This document shows positions 40,201 to 53,958 of a stretch of 64,000 bases of DNA, one piece after another; the stretch's first letter is position 1; each line of letters opens with the position of its first letter. Position numbers and translations under genes: made by a program. The DNA is from Malacoraja senta. Its lineage: Eukaryota. The stretch is taken from positions 1 to 64,000 of the forward strand of contig JAXLNO010000264.1 of assembly GCA_038087875.1 (NCBI GenBank), read 5' to 3'. The notes under the pieces were generated by a model that saw only the letters and a list, made by a program, of their open reading frames with translations, had not been told where the DNA came from and searched no databases.

Positions 40201-41145
40201 GGCAAACTACCATCCGGGTCTCCTGACTGCGTCCACAGAATCGCCTATCCGACCCCCTAACCATAGAGTCCCCTATTACTATTGCCCTCCTATTCTTTTC
40301 CCTACCCTTCTGAGCAATAGGGCCGGTCTCTGTGCTGGAGGCCCGGCTGCTGTCGCTACCCCCAGGAAGGCTGTCCCCCCCAACAGTACTCAAACAGGAG
40401 TACTTATTTTCAAGGTGTACAGCTATCTAAAAAATCAAAAAAAATTATAATTTTATTGTCTTCTATTTTAGTTTTAGATGTATATAAATTTTGATAGAAT
40501 TGAGCGAACCTTTTATTAATGTCCTTAGGTAGAGTTAATAGTTCCCCGTTCTCTGATTTGATTTTAATAATAATTTTTTCCTTTTCTTGCTTCTTCAATT
40601 GTCGTGCTAGAAGTTTATGTGGTTTATCACCAAATTCAAACTGTACTTGTTTTGTGATCTGAAATAATCTTATTACTCTTGCCGATAATATTCAATTTAG
40701 TTTAAATTTCAATAAAGCAATCTTATTATGTTTATCTATAGTTGGGTCTTTTGCGTTACCTAATTCTAATAGTTTAATTTCCTTTTCTAACGTCCATTGT
40801 TCTGTCATATTTTTTTTATGTTGAAAACTTTGATATGAAATTATAACTCCACGGATGAATGCCTTAAAAGATTCCCATAATAAAGATGGTGAAATACCTG
40901 GTGTCTCGTTTGTCTCAAAAATAAATTTAATTTGCTGTTTTAAATACTCTTAACCTTGTGGGTTATTAGCTATTTGTGTGTTAAATTTGTAGTTTCGTAT
41001 GAGTTTCTTGCAGAAAAGCTATGTCCACATTTAAAGATTTTAACTGGGCCAGAATCTTGCCCCTTTTAATTGGATCATTCGCACCCCTAATATTCCAACT
41101 ACAGAATGTGACTCCTCCATTCTTTTATTTCCTATTATCTTGCAT
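34263..41145 (-). pseudogene. L1 ORF2 (EN-RT-CCHC), disrupted
   Basis: EN start SWNIRG..FLQETH; RT KTPGPD, SLDAEKAFD, RQGCVLSPLLF, LYADD; CDKC..H....C knuckle. Disrupted by a CR1 insertion, an EN deletion and frameshifts. Confidence 0.9.
36717..40415 (-). mobile_element. CR1 LINE with SGNH-esterase ORF1 and EN-RT ORF2, inserted in L1 ORF2
   Basis: ORF1 remnant IVIGDSMVR..PGA..HIGTNN..DGLHLN (40393-39779); EN YFNARS..SETW..GDFN..SDH (39773-38487); RT PQGSVLGP, YADD (38477-36960); (ttatatgg)n tail. Confidence 0.95.
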
Positions 41146-42333
41146 TGTTAATTGGTTTTGGTGATTTTGCTTCATGTGGTGTAGTTAAGTACCTCAAGCT
41201 TTTGGGTATGGGGGTATCGTCCCATACTTCTGACGTTATTTTATATCTCCTCCGTCTATTGAACCTCCATGAGAAAAAGAGAAAAGTGTGTTGAGAGATA
41301 GTAAAGAAAGAATGAAAAATTATTGGATAAACCACATAAAATTGAATACAAAAAAAAAGTGAGTTTAAGGTATCAAAAAGGTGATACCTTAAATACAAGA
41401 TGCCATCTATGATGGCCAAAAATTGATTGACCTCCGTAGTTGGAATTATACATTGAGCTCAGCCCCCTAGATACAATGTCATTTATGACTACATGCCGTT
41501 TCATCTTAATATATCAAAAAAATCATTAGACAAAATTTATCCAGTCAGGCCGAATAAAACAAAAAAAAAGTTTCATCAATAGAAAGTTATCATCATCTGT
41601 ACTATTTCAAATATTCTCTTATGTACCCGGATTTTAAACCTTCTATAGTGCTTACTCAGTATCACAGAGTCATGGAATCATAAGGCCCTATCCCTGTACC
41701 CAAGTTTATTCATCTTTCCCTTAATTACCAGCCTGTTTCAAGGGTTAAATTTCTTTATCTTAAGTACAACCGTCTTCCAGCCCAAACCTCTGGAACTTTT
41801 CCAAATCATTAACGCCTCTCTCTTTCCCACAGGCTTATGATGTTATAATATTCTTATACCCATTTTCATTAATTGTAATGTATTAGTATACATCCTAAAT
41901 TATATTTCATTTCCTTTCAGCTTTATTAAAATTATTTATCTGTTAGTAATAACCATCTAACCCTCTATAGGCCCCTTATCCCCCAAAACCCATTAGTTAA
42001 TACATTAGTTAGTCATATTAGTATAATATTAGTATAATAGCATAACCATCAATTAGTAATATTAAGTTTATATGGTTAGTTAATTATTTACATTACGTAT
42101 ATACTGTATTAATTAAAACATTTCTTTAGTCCATAATTTCCTTTGAATTTCTTTCGAATCTGATCGCATTACTTCAAAATGTCAGCTAGCCCCTTGTTTC
42201 TCTTCCACTTTTCCGTTCAAGGTGAAACCAGGGCTCTGTCGTTGAAAACACATTCCTGACAGATAAGCCTGTCTGGTTAATGTCTAGAGCAGTTCCGCCA
42301 TCTTAATTACAGCACAGTCTTCCATTAAAAAGT

Positions 42334-44057
42334 TTAATCATCGACCTTCACTTCTCTTTTTTCTATTTTCTTTACAATTTCTTGTGCGTAATTAAATGCC
42401 AAATCAGGATCCGTGAAGGCGCGTTGAGTAGAGTTGTATGTAATCTTCATCTTCGCTGGATAAACCACCCTGTATTTCACATTAGATTGTCCTTGCAGAA
42501 TACTACTTGCTCTTTTAAACTGATTCCTTTTCTCCAATATTTCGTGTGGCTAGTCCCTGTAGAATCTAACAGTCCTCCATCAAATGTGAGCCTCTCACCA
42601 TGCGGTATCATCTTCATGAGTTTTTCCAGGGTTGAAATGTCCAAAAATTTCACAATGATCTGTCTTGGGAGAGCATTTATTTCTCTTCGGAAGCGACCTA
42701 CCCGATGTGCCACATCAATCCTCGGGGTTTCCTTCAACTTAAAGACATCTTTGAGTATTTTAGTGACAAGTTCAGTCATTAGAATTCCATGCTCTTGTCC
42801 CTCCTTTACTCCTATAATCCTTATGTTCTGTCTCCTTGATAGATACATAGATACATAGAAAATAGGTGCAGGAGTAGGCCATTCAGCCCTTCGAGCCTGC
42901 ACCGCCATTCAATATGATCATGGCTGATCATCCAACTCAGTATCCCGTACCTGCCTTCTCTCCATACCCCCTGATCCCTTTAGCCACAAGGGTCACATCT
43001 AACTCCCTCTTAAATATAGCCAATGAACTGGCCTCAACTACCCTCTGTGGCAGAGAGTTCCAGAGATTCACCACTCTCTGTGTGAAAAAGTTTTTCCTCA
43101 TCTCGGTCTTAAAGGATTTCCCCCTTATCCTTAAGCTGTGACCCCTTGTCCTGGACTTCCCCAACATCGGGAACAATCTTCCTGCATCTAGCCTGTCCAA
43201 CCGCATAAGAATTTTGTACGTTTCTATAAGATCCCCTCTCAATCTCCTAAATTCTAGCGAGTATAAGCCAAGTCTATCCAGTCTTTCTTCATATGAAAGT
43301 CCTGACATCCCAGGAATCAGTCTGGTGAACCTTCTCTGCACTCCCTCTATGGCTATAATGTCCTTCCTCAGATTTGGAGACCAAAACGGTACGCAATACT
43401 CCAGGTGTGGTCTCACCAAGACCCTGTACAACTGCAGTAGAAGTTGATCTAGCTTCCAAATCTTGACATTTATCAGTCAGTTTATTCAATTGCTCCTGAT
43501 TAGCACCGTTCTTTTTTCAAGGTCGATATTTCCTGAGACATTTCACGCATTTCAACCTTCATCTCTTCTGTCGACTTATCGGAATATTTCACCCCTTCAA
43601 TCAGCTCATCAATTTTCTTATTATAATCATATTCCATTCTCGCAAATTCTTGTGTAGTCCTCTGCTCCAGGTCTATGAACTGCTGCTTCAAAGAGTCATA
43701 CTGTTCCTTTGATTCATCACGCGCAGTATCAATTTTCTTAGACAAGTTAACCTCCATTTTAGAGAAGTTATTCTCCAGTGTATTATTCATACTAGCAAGC
43801 ATTTTGGAGAATTCCTTAGTGAGATCTTTGGTAAGATCTCTAGTAAGATTAGCTCTTACCGTTTGTTCCCACTGCTTCATCTCTTTCTCCTTTTCTTTCT
43901 CTTTTGTCTCTCCTCTTGTAGCCATTTCGGATACTGCTTGTTGAGAATCAGGCTCTTCTGAGCTTTCAGTTGTTGTTTGAAGAGCTTCCAAGTCTTCTTG
44001 AAGCTGGAGTCTGATAGTCGATTTCTTGGGTCCCTGTAGATGTTTTCCTTTATTCAT
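42334..44057 (-). pseudogene. L1 ORF1 (coiled coil, RRM, CTD), interrupted by a CR1
   Basis: Long coiled coil, then DLEARS|RRQNIRIIGVKE, IDVAHRVG, PRQIIVKF, YRVVYPAKMKI. Confidence 0.88.
42841..43443 (-). mobile_element. Young CR1 3' fragment in L1 ORF1, TSD TTGAT
   Basis: Intact 164-aa ORF2 C-terminus; TTGAT at 42836-42840 and 43444-43448. Removing it restores LEARSRRQN. Confidence 0.93.
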
Positions 44058-47000
44058 CTAAAAGTCCCGTTAAAACTCCGATTTTCTTGACGCTGTTTGA
44101 TGAGGTCACTCCCACGACGCCAAGCAGCCCCGGTGAGTGTTTTTAAATCGATCCTGACTTTAAAAACGGCTTTTTACGCGATTTTGGCAATTTTAGCGGG
44201 AGCTGAGCTCAATGCTGTGCCTTCACCACTTCATGGCGCCACCGGAAGTCCATGGTGAGATTGATGATGATGATGACACTTTACTGTCACATGTACCCAT
44301 GTACCAGAAATGCTACTGATCAAGGCTTTTTCTTCCTTTATCTGTAGTCTCTGCTGACCTGACAACACCTTACCCACCCTCCTTCCCACCCAGTTTCTTC
44401 CATTTTGTGCTACTGAGAAGTTTCCTCACCTCCATCCGTCACCTCCAGCAGCCATCCTTCTGCTTCCATGCATTATGGTGGCCAAGTCTCTCTTCCCAAG
44501 CCAATCATGAAGCTTTAGGGTGCATTTCGACGGCGTGGGAGGTGAGTTCCAGAGCGACTGAAGGATCATTGAATGAACTACACATCGAGCTTCTCTTGCC
44601 CCATGTTCACACATCTGCAATTAAACTCATTGCTGGTTGAGATCCCACTGGCCATACAAACTTCCATTTGATGAGAATAACTTGGTCTCTGTGGCCTTGG
44701 TCATACCTTCAATTACTCATCTGACACCACATAATTTAATTGGCACCTGTGGGCTCTTGCACTGTACACAGTGACTTTCAGGTTTCAAAGATAAGTGTGG
44801 CACAATGGTGCAGCTAGTCGATCCCTACCTCAGGTTCTGTTTGTGTGGAGTTTGCATGTTCTCCCTGTGCCCACGTGGCTTTCCTCCAGGTGCTCCGGTT
44901 TCTTCCCACATCCCAAAGGCATGCAGGTGTGTAGGTTAATTGTCCTCTGTAAATTGCTCCTAGTGTGTGGGGAATGGATGTGCAAGTGGGATAACATAGA
45001 ACTAGTGTGAACGGATGCTCGATGGTCGAGTGGTCTCAGTGGGCCGAAGGGCCAGTTCTTCGATGTATCTCTACATAAAATACTTCAAATGCTGAAAATA
45101 TGAAACACAAAAATGCTGAAACTATTCCAGATGTTGAGTAGCATAGAGGACAGAGAACAGAGTTAATGTTCTCAGCATAATGCCCTGAGATTGTGAATGG
45201 TGCTACGTAAATGTAAGTTCCTTGTAATGATTAGACCTCGCTGATGAAGACACTGTATAAATGGAATTGCAACAAAGCAGTAAAAAAGTTAGCATTATTC
45301 TGCTGAACCGTTGCTGATTGAAGTACTGTATATGTCATCTTGGGGGCTGAAATTGAATCAAAGTGAGGATTAGAAAATGAAAAAATCTAATTAAATGATT
45401 GAATTTTTTTCAAAGAAATACGGTATCAGTAATCAGTGTCTGAACAAGGGGCCTGACCTGAAATATCAACAATCCATTCTTTCCACAGTTGCTGCCTGAC
45501 CCGTTGAGTTCCTCCAGCACTCTATTTGTTGGCACAGTCTCTGTAATGATGACTACAAACCCTCCAAAATATTGTAAATGCCCTTATGTTGTCTGGTAAA
45601 CATTCAGGGAACAAAATTCTGCCTTCCCCCAATCTGATCCACGTTACTCCAGATCAAAACTACTCTGATCGACAGTGAAGTGTCCCCAGGAATGGCTGAA
45701 CAAGCCCATTGGCTATACGACAGCTATTATGTTTTTAAAAGGGATAGAGATAAAACTAGGTAGAATAATTAGGCTCCACATTTGGAAAGACCAAAACTGA
45801 TCGCAATTCAGTTGACTTTGTAAAGCCCTCCTCACCAAACATCTGTGGATTGATATTTAAACTGTCCCTTGAACGAGTCAGTGACATCACATCACTGCAG
45901 GAGTTCCTCAGGCCAGTATCCTGGACCCCAACCACTTTCATCTGAGGGTCTGAAGAAGGGTCTCGACCCAAGACAGAGATGCTGCCTTTCCCGCTGAATT
46001 ACTTCAGCATTTAATGTCTACCTTTGGTGTAAACTAGCATCTACAGTTCCTTCCTACACTATCATCTGTCTCATCAATAACCTTCCTTCCACGATATACA
46101 GTAGTTGTAAGTGGGGATGTTCGCTGATGATCACACATTTTCAATTCCATTTTAGTTGCAAGTAATCTGACTAAAACATGCAGGCAATTCCACTGATGTT
46201 AGTGATGACATTAATTCACCTAATAAGTCATTTTTCTTGTAATTTACAATGAATTCAATATTGTGGCCTGAATATTGTGTTTTTCAAATCTTTAAATAAT
46301 TGACTTTTTCAAGCAAAATCAACCAAATATGGACAATTGAAATGAACTGGAAACTTTGCAACAGATGACCTGGACACAACTTGCCTACTGCTGCTGAACT
46401 CATTGTACCCACCCTTTTCTCTCATGACATCCAGCGGGGTCAGAAACACACAGTGGCCTGGGAGCTTATTCAAAATTTCCTTTCTGACTTTCTAAAAGTG
46501 ACAGGACATAGCCCGTGATTAACTTTAACCTGAACCATGACCTTAAACAAGGAGGCTTAACTTGCAACCAAGGAGGTGTTACACTTTCCTTAAACCCCTG
46601 TCTCACGGTGCGAGCTGACCCACGAGGTACCCCGAGCTTAAAACAAATTTAAGTCGTGGTAATCACGTACGATTAACGTAGCGGGAACGTCGGAACTCGT
46701 GGACGCAACTTAGCGACTCTTGGCGCTAACGGCAGGTACCCGTGACACTTGTTAACTCTTGGAAAAATTCAAACATGTTTAAACTTTTCCACGAGTAAAA
46801 TGTACTCTTGAGGTTTAAATTTGAAACATTTAAACACGTTGTAAGAACGCAGTGGCCCGTGCGTTTACCTTAGTGACTCGTGAGTCTACCGTGGGAACTC
46901 TTTAACTCAGCGGGCAGGCAGCATCTCTGGAGATAAGGAATGGGTGATGGGATGACATTTCCAAATTGGGGGGGGGGGTGGGAGGAGGGAGGGGGGGTGG

Positions 47001-47596
47001 AGGAGAGAGGGTGGAGAGTGGAGGGAGAGGAGGGAGAGACAGATGGGGGTGTCTTCCTTCACTGGCGGCGGGTGCCTGTCTATGAAACAGGCAGGTGAGA
47101 TTTAACATCCACCTTGTGTGTGTGTGTCTCTCTCTCTCCCTCCCTCTCACACAGGCTGAGAGACTCTGCCTCTGTGAGTGTACGTCTCTTTCTCCCCCTC
47201 CCACACACAGTAAGACCGAGGTAAGTCCATCTGTGTCTCCCACATACACAGTAAACTATGCTTTGTGTGTGTATATACACGTCTCCCCCATTTCTCTTTC
47301 TCCCCCCACCTCTCTTTCTCCCCCCCATCTCTCTCTTTCTCCCCCCACACACAATAAGACCGATGTATTCTGCTTAGTCTCTCTTCCCTCCCACACACAC
47401 AGATAGACAGAGGTCCTGTGCTCTCTTTCTCTCTTCCCCACAGTCACGCCGAAGTACACCACACTGCCTCTGTGCCTCTTTTTCTTTTTTTTTTCTTCTT
47501 CTTTTTTTTTTCCTTTTCAAAAACTTTATTTGACACAATCATATGATACAACACATCAATACATAATCAAAAAATACATTATATCAAAACAAATCA

Positions 47597-50500
47597 TTAT
47601 AGGACAACAGTACATTCATTATTTACGATACTCTCAACCCCACGTGGTGACCAGCGCCCACGGAAAGCCTCCAGGGACACCCGTGAACGGACGTACGCCC
47701 GGAAAAGGGGCAGACAGCCGACTCTAGCCTCACCATCGACCGCCCGCTGCCTGGACCCGCGAATGGCCATCTTGGCCAGGCCCAGGAGCAAACCGACAGG
47801 GAGGTCCCACCCCCCCACTTGGCTCTCCCCACACCCTGCCTTGTGCCCAAACACTAGAATCATGGGACTAAAATGCAACCAGAACTTGAGGAACAACCCC
47901 TTCAGATATTTGAACAGGGGCAGTAGCCTCTCACACTCCATGTACACGTGGAACACGGTCTCTTCCCCGCCGCAGAAATTACATGCGGCGGACGAGCCCG
48001 TGAACCTACTCAAAAGTTTATTACAAACCACCGCTCCGTGCAACAGTCTCCATCCCAGGTCCCCAATGTAAAGGGGGACAACTCCCTTATAGAAGGACCC
48101 CCACTGGGGACCTCCCCCGCCTTCAGGTGGTAACACCGTCCGCCATGGTGTGTCAGGACGGGAAACGAAGGCAAGGAGGTGCAGAATGTGCAGGAACATT
48201 CGGTACAGTGTGCGTCTCTTCGCATCACGAAACGGTATGCTGATCATCTCAGAAAGGCGGCTCAGGTTGTGTGGAGCAGATGCCTGAGAAATATCCCGGA
48301 GCCTAGGCCCGATGAGCAGATCTGACGGAGCGGGTGAAAGCTCAGTCAGAACCACTCTAGGCACACGCCTCTCCTCGACACCCACCATGACAAGGTGAGG
48401 ACCGGCCACTCCCGCAGCCGCAACATCCCCCTCCCCTCGTGGAGCAACACGCTGGCTGAAAACAGCCAAATTCCTCACTCTTAGCACATCCCGGTAGAAA
48501 ACAGGCAAACCCCTTAGGGCGGGTCGACTGATGCCCGCCACCGGGAGCCGCGAGACCACCCCCTAGGCAACAACCCCGACGAAAAAAGTACGTGGCCAGA
48601 GCGTGCCATCTGGGGGGGTTCTCTACATACATATACCGCCGCAGAGTCCTGAGACGGAGAGCCGCCACCTGGGTACGCACGCATACCAAGGACTGACCGC
48701 GCTCCTCTAACAGGAGACTCAGGACCGCTGCAGAGACCCAGTGCTTCCTATTTCCCCAGAAGAAATCTACCAGCTTCTTCTGTAGAGCATTTACAAATAT
48801 GGAAGGTGGGACAAGAGTAGCCAGCCGGTACCATAACATGGAGGCCACCAGCTGGTTTATGACCAGCACCCTCCCCTGAAAGGAAAGAACTCCAAGCAGG
48901 CCCGACCAGTGCCCCAGCCGGGCAACCACTTTCGTCTCCAACTCCTGCCAGTTTGCCGGCCAAGCATCCTCAGTGGGACTCAGGTAAACCCCCAGATAGA
49001 GGAGATGGGTGGTGCTCCACACATACCTTGCCATCTCCTCCAGCAGGGAATCCATCTGCCACTGACCCACTAAAAGACCAGAGCACTTACTCCAGTTAAT
49101 CCTGGCAGAAGATGCAGCTGAGAAAATCTCCTGGCAGTCACGCATCCTCCGCAGGTCACCAGGATCAGTGAACATAAGAAGTACATCATCTGCATACGCC
49201 GAAAGAACCACCTCCACCCCCGGGCCAAGTAGGGCCAGGCCTGTCAACCTCCTCCGAAGAAGACACAGGAACGGCTCCACACAGACCGAGTACAACTGAC
49301 CCGACATGGGGCACCCCTGATGGACCCCCCTCCCAAAATGAAACGGAGCCAACAACGCACCATTAACCTTCACAAGGCACTCCGCTGCAGCGTTCAAAAG
49401 CCGGACCCGGGCCACAAAATGCGGTCCAATTCCAAACGCTTTCAACGTCCCGAATAGGTAATCATGCTCTACCCTATCAAAAGCCTTCTCCTGATCAAGA
49501 GACAGAAAAGCAGCTGACTGACCAGTACCCTGAGCTAGATGAATCAGGTCCCTAACCAAGTGGATGTTATCCTGAATGGACCAGCCAGGGACTGTATAGG
49601 ACTGGTCAGGATGAATCATTTGAGACAGCACAGAGCCCAGGCGATTTGCCATTGCCCGTGCAAATACTTTATACTCTGTACATAGGAGAGAGACCTGCCT
49701 CCAGTTCTTCAACAAGCGGAGTTCGCCCTTCTTGGGCAGCAAGACAACAACTGCCCTGCGCCATGAGAGGGGCATCTCCCCGGTCGCCAGACTCTCCCCC
49801 AGAACCAACATGTAATCACCCCCCAGGATATCCCAGAAAGCTCTGACAAACTCTACCGTCAACCCATCCAGCCCGGGAGACTTACCCTTCCTGAGCTGAT
49901 ACAATGCACGAGTCAACGCAGTGGAAAGGAAGGACATTAGCTTGGAGGATGTGGAATCGGTATGGGTAGAGCTGCGAAACACTAAGGGGCAGAAAACGCT
50001 GGTGGGTGTTGTGTACAGGCCACCTAGCAGTAGTAGTGAAGTTGGGGATGGCATCAAACAGGAAATTAGAAATGCGTGCAACAAAGGCAAAACAGTTATA
50101 ATGGGTGCCTTCAATCTACATATAGATTGGGTGAATCAAATTGGCAGGGGTGCTGAGGAAGAGGATTTCTTGGAATGTATGCGGGATAGTTATGTAAACC
50201 AACATGTAGAGGAACCAACGAGAGAGCAGGCTATTCTAGACTGGGTATTGAGTAATGAGGAAGGGTTAGTTAGCAGTCTTGTTGTGCGTGGCCTCTTGGG
50301 CAAGAGTGACCATAATATGGTTGAGTTCTTCATTAGGATGGAGAGTGACATTGTTAATTCAGAAACAACGGTTCTGAACTTAAAGAAAGGTAACTTTGAG
50401 GGTATGAGACGTGAATTGGCCAAGATTGACTGGCAATTAGTTCTAAAAGGGTTGACGGTGGATATGCAATGGAAGGCATTTAAAGACTGCAAGGATGAAC

Positions 50501-53500
50501 TACAAAAATTGTTCATCCCAGTTTGGCAAAAGAATAAATCAGGGAAGGTAGTGCATCCGTGGATAACAAGGGAAATCAGGGATAGTATCAAAGCAAAAGA
50601 TGATGCGTACAAATTAGCCAGAAAAAGCAGCATACCAGAGGACTGGGAGAAATTCAGAGACCAGCAGAGGAGGACAAAGGGCTTAATTAGGAAAGGGAAA
50701 ATAGATTATGAAAGGAAACTGGCAGGGAACCTAAAAACTGACTGCAAAAGTTTTTATAGATATGTGAAGAGAAAGAGATTAGTTAAAACAAATGTAGGTC
50801 CCTTGCAGTCAGAAACAGGTGAATTGATCATGGGGAACAAGGATATGGCGGACCAATTGAATAACTACTTTGGTTCCGTCTTCACTAAGGAAGACATAAA
50901 TAATCTGCCGGAATTAGCAGGGGGCCGCGGGTCAAAGGAGATGGAGGAACTGAGTGAAATCCAGGTTAGTCGGGAAGTGGTGTTGGGTAAATTGAATGGA
51001 TTAAAGGCCGATAAATAACCAGGGCCAGATAGGCTGCATCCCAGAGTACTTAAGGAAGTAGCTCCAGAAATAGTGGATGCATTAGTGATAATTTTTCAAA
51101 ACTCTTTAGATTCTGGAGTAGTTCCTGAGGATTGGAGGGTAGCAAACGTAACCCCACTTTTTAAGAAGGGAGGGAGAGAGAAAACGGGGAATTACAGACC
51201 AGTTAGTCTAACATCGGTAGTGGGGAAACTGCTAGAGTCACTTATTAAAGATGGGATAGCAGCACATTTGGAAAGTAGTGAAATCATTGGACAAAGTCAG
51301 CATGGATTTACGAAAGGTAAATCATGTCTGACGAATCTTATAGAATTTTTCGAGGATGTAACTAGTAGAGTGGATAGGGGAGAACCAGTGGATGTGTTGC
51401 ATCTGGACTTTCAGAAGGCTTTCGACAAGGTACCACATAAGAGATTAGTATACAAACTTAAAGCACACGGTATTGGGGGTTCAGTATTGATGTGGATAGA
51501 GAACTGGCTGGCAAACAGGAAGCAAAGAGTAGGAGTAAACGGATCCTTTTCACAATGGCAGGCAGTGACTAGTGGGGTACCGCAAGGCTCAGTGCTGGGA
51601 CCCCAGCTATTTACAATTTATATTAATGAACTGGATGAGGGAATTGAAGGCAACATCTCCAAGTTTGCGGATGACACTAAGCTGGGGGGCAGTGTTAGCT
51701 GTGAGGAGGATGCTAGGAGACTGCAAGGTGACTTGGATAGGCTGGGTGAGTGGGCAAATGTTTGGCAGATGCAGTATAATGTGGATAAATGTGAGGTTAT
51801 CCACTTTGGTGGCAAAACAGGAAAGCAGACTATTATCTAAATGGTGGCCGATTAGGAAATGGGGAGATGCAGCGAGACCTGGGTGTCATGGTACACCAGT
51901 CATTGAAAGTAGGCATGCAGGTGCAGCAGGCAGTGAAGAAAGCGAATGGTATGTTAGCTTTCATAGCAAATGGATTTGAGTATAGGAGCAGGGAGGTTCT
52001 ACTGCAGTTGTACAGGGTCTTGGTGAGACCACACCTGGAGTATTGCGTACAGTTTTGGTCTCCAAATCTGAGGAAGGACATTATAGCCAGAGGGAGTGCA
52101 GAGAAGGTTCACCAGACTGATTCCTGGGATGTCAGGACTTTCATATGAAGAAAGACTGGATAGACTTGGCTTACACTCGCTAGAATTTAGGAGATTGAGA
52201 GGGGATCTTATAGAAACGTACACATTTCTTATGGGGTTGGACAGGCTAGATGCAGGAAGATTGTTCCCGATGTTGGGGAAGTCCAGGACAAGGGGTCACA
52301 GCTTAAGGATAAGGGGGAAATCCTTTAAGACCGGGATGAGGAAAAACTTTTTCACACAGAGAGTGGTGAATCTCTGGAACTCTCTGCCACAGAGGGTAGT
52401 TGAGGCCAGTTCATTGGCTATATTTAAGAGGGAGTTAGATGTGGCCCTTGTGGCTAAGGGGATCAGGGGGTATGGAGAGAAGGCAGGTATGGGGTACTGA
52501 GTTGGATGATCAGCCATGATCATATTGAATGGCGGTGCAGGCTCGAAGGGCCGAATGGCCTACTCCTGTCACCTATTTTCTATGTATCTATGTATCTATG
52601 TAACTCCTCCAAAGATAAGGGGCCATCAAGAAGATCGGCCACCTCCCTATCAACAGTCGGTAGACCCTCCCACAAGTCCTGCTGAGCCTCCCTGCTGAAT
52701 CCACCTGCGGAGAACAGGGACCCATAAAAGGACCTGACCACAGCACTGATCTCTCCGGATCAGTGAGAGAGGAGCCATCATCTGCGAGCAGCTCTACGAG
52801 CTGTTTGCGGGCTCCCCGCCCTTTCTCCAGAGAGAAAAGGAAAGGCGAAGCTCGGTCCAGATCTTGCATCATCTGGACCCGCGACCTCACGAAAGCGCCT
52901 CGGGACCGCTCAAGCAGCAGGTTCCTCAAGGCTTCCTTCTTCTCCTGAAACTCTCCCCATTCACAGGAGTCATCACCAACCCGACTCAGGCGAGACTCTA
53001 CGTCCAGTATCTCCCTCTCAATCCTCTCGACCGCTGAGTCCCGCCGTCCGGTCGGCCCCCACGTATGCTCCTTACAAAAGAGACGGAAATGAGCCTTCCC
53101 CACATCCCACCACTGCCTAAGGGAAGAGAAGCACCTTTGCCTCTCTCTCCACTTCACCCAAAACCGCCTGAATGACTCCCGGAAACACTGATCCTCCAGC
53201 AGCCGGTTGTTAAAGTGCCAGTACGCAGACCCAGCCCGAGTGCGCGCCGGATTAAAGTCCACACGCACCAGACAGTGGTCCGAACACGGCACCAGCCGCA
53301 TTGAGGCCGCTGAGACACGGGAAACAAACGCTCGGGAAATGTATATTCGATCAATACGGGAACCACCTCCCTCAGACCTCCGCGAAAAAGCAGTGGAATC
53401 CGGGTGGAGGTTCCGCCACGCATCAACCAGCTCAAAGGAGTCAATCAAACCTCTCAGCTTCTTCACTACAGCAGGGGCACACTGAGTACCAGAACGGTCT

Positions 53501-53958
53501 CTCGCCTCAAGTGTGCAATTAAAGTCCCCACCAAGGAAGACACACTCTCCCCTATCAATACTGCTCAAAAGAGCAGTCACCTCCTGAATTAGGCCGGCCT
53601 GCATCATACCGGAGCTAGGGGCATACACGTTAATGAAATGCAACGGCATGCTATCCAGGCTCACGGCCAGATGGAGCAAACGTCCTGGCACAACTTCTTG
53701 CACTTTTAGAACATTTGGCAGGAAATTCTGGGCCAACAGAAAGGCCACCCCACTCGAATTCGAGCTGAGATGGCTCATGTAGACCCCTCCTTCCCACTCC
53801 AGTCTCCATGTAGGTTCATCACTAACAATGGTATGTGTCTCCTGCAGAAAACACACTGCAAATCTCCCCTCTTTAAGGACTGATAAAAGCTGAAATCTAC
53901 GAAAACTCGCTCTACTCCCGTTTAAGTTTAATGTTACTACTGTGAATGTGCAGGCACA
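47597..53958 (-). pseudogene. Tx1 ORF2 (EN-RT-zinc finger), split by a CR1 and frameshifted
   Basis: Assembled from ORF pieces 53958-52605, 49917-48560 and 48559-47597; PLSLEEL|TRALYQLRKGKSPGLDG is restored across the insertion. Confidence 0.9.
49918..52601 (+). mobile_element. CR1 LINE (5'-truncated within EN) inserted antisense in Tx1 ORF2
   Basis: ESVWVEL..VVYRPP..SDH, RT PQGSVLGP and FADD; a few stops and frameshifts; (TATGTATC)n tail; 3-bp duplication AAC. Confidence 0.95.

Larger units (their letters stand above)
33960..44250 (-). mobile_element. Full-length L1-clade LINE (inactivated), 15-bp TSD
   Basis: 5' end GACTTCCGGTGGCGCCATG; ORF1 44057-42334; ORF2 about 41145-34263; A-rich tail. 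TSD CACGGTGAGATTGAT (33945-33959) and CATGGTGAGATTGAT (44251-44265). Confidence 0.92.

Noticed and set aside
36710..40426. TSD for the large CR1 (TACAATTAT / TACAGCTAT)
   Set aside because: Two mismatches in 9 bp and overlap with the tail repeat; suggestive but not asserted.
48357..50114. 585-aa ORF as a single gene
   Set aside because: It is a chimera: the first ~65 aa are antisense CR1 and the rest is Tx1 RT that runs out of frame near the end.
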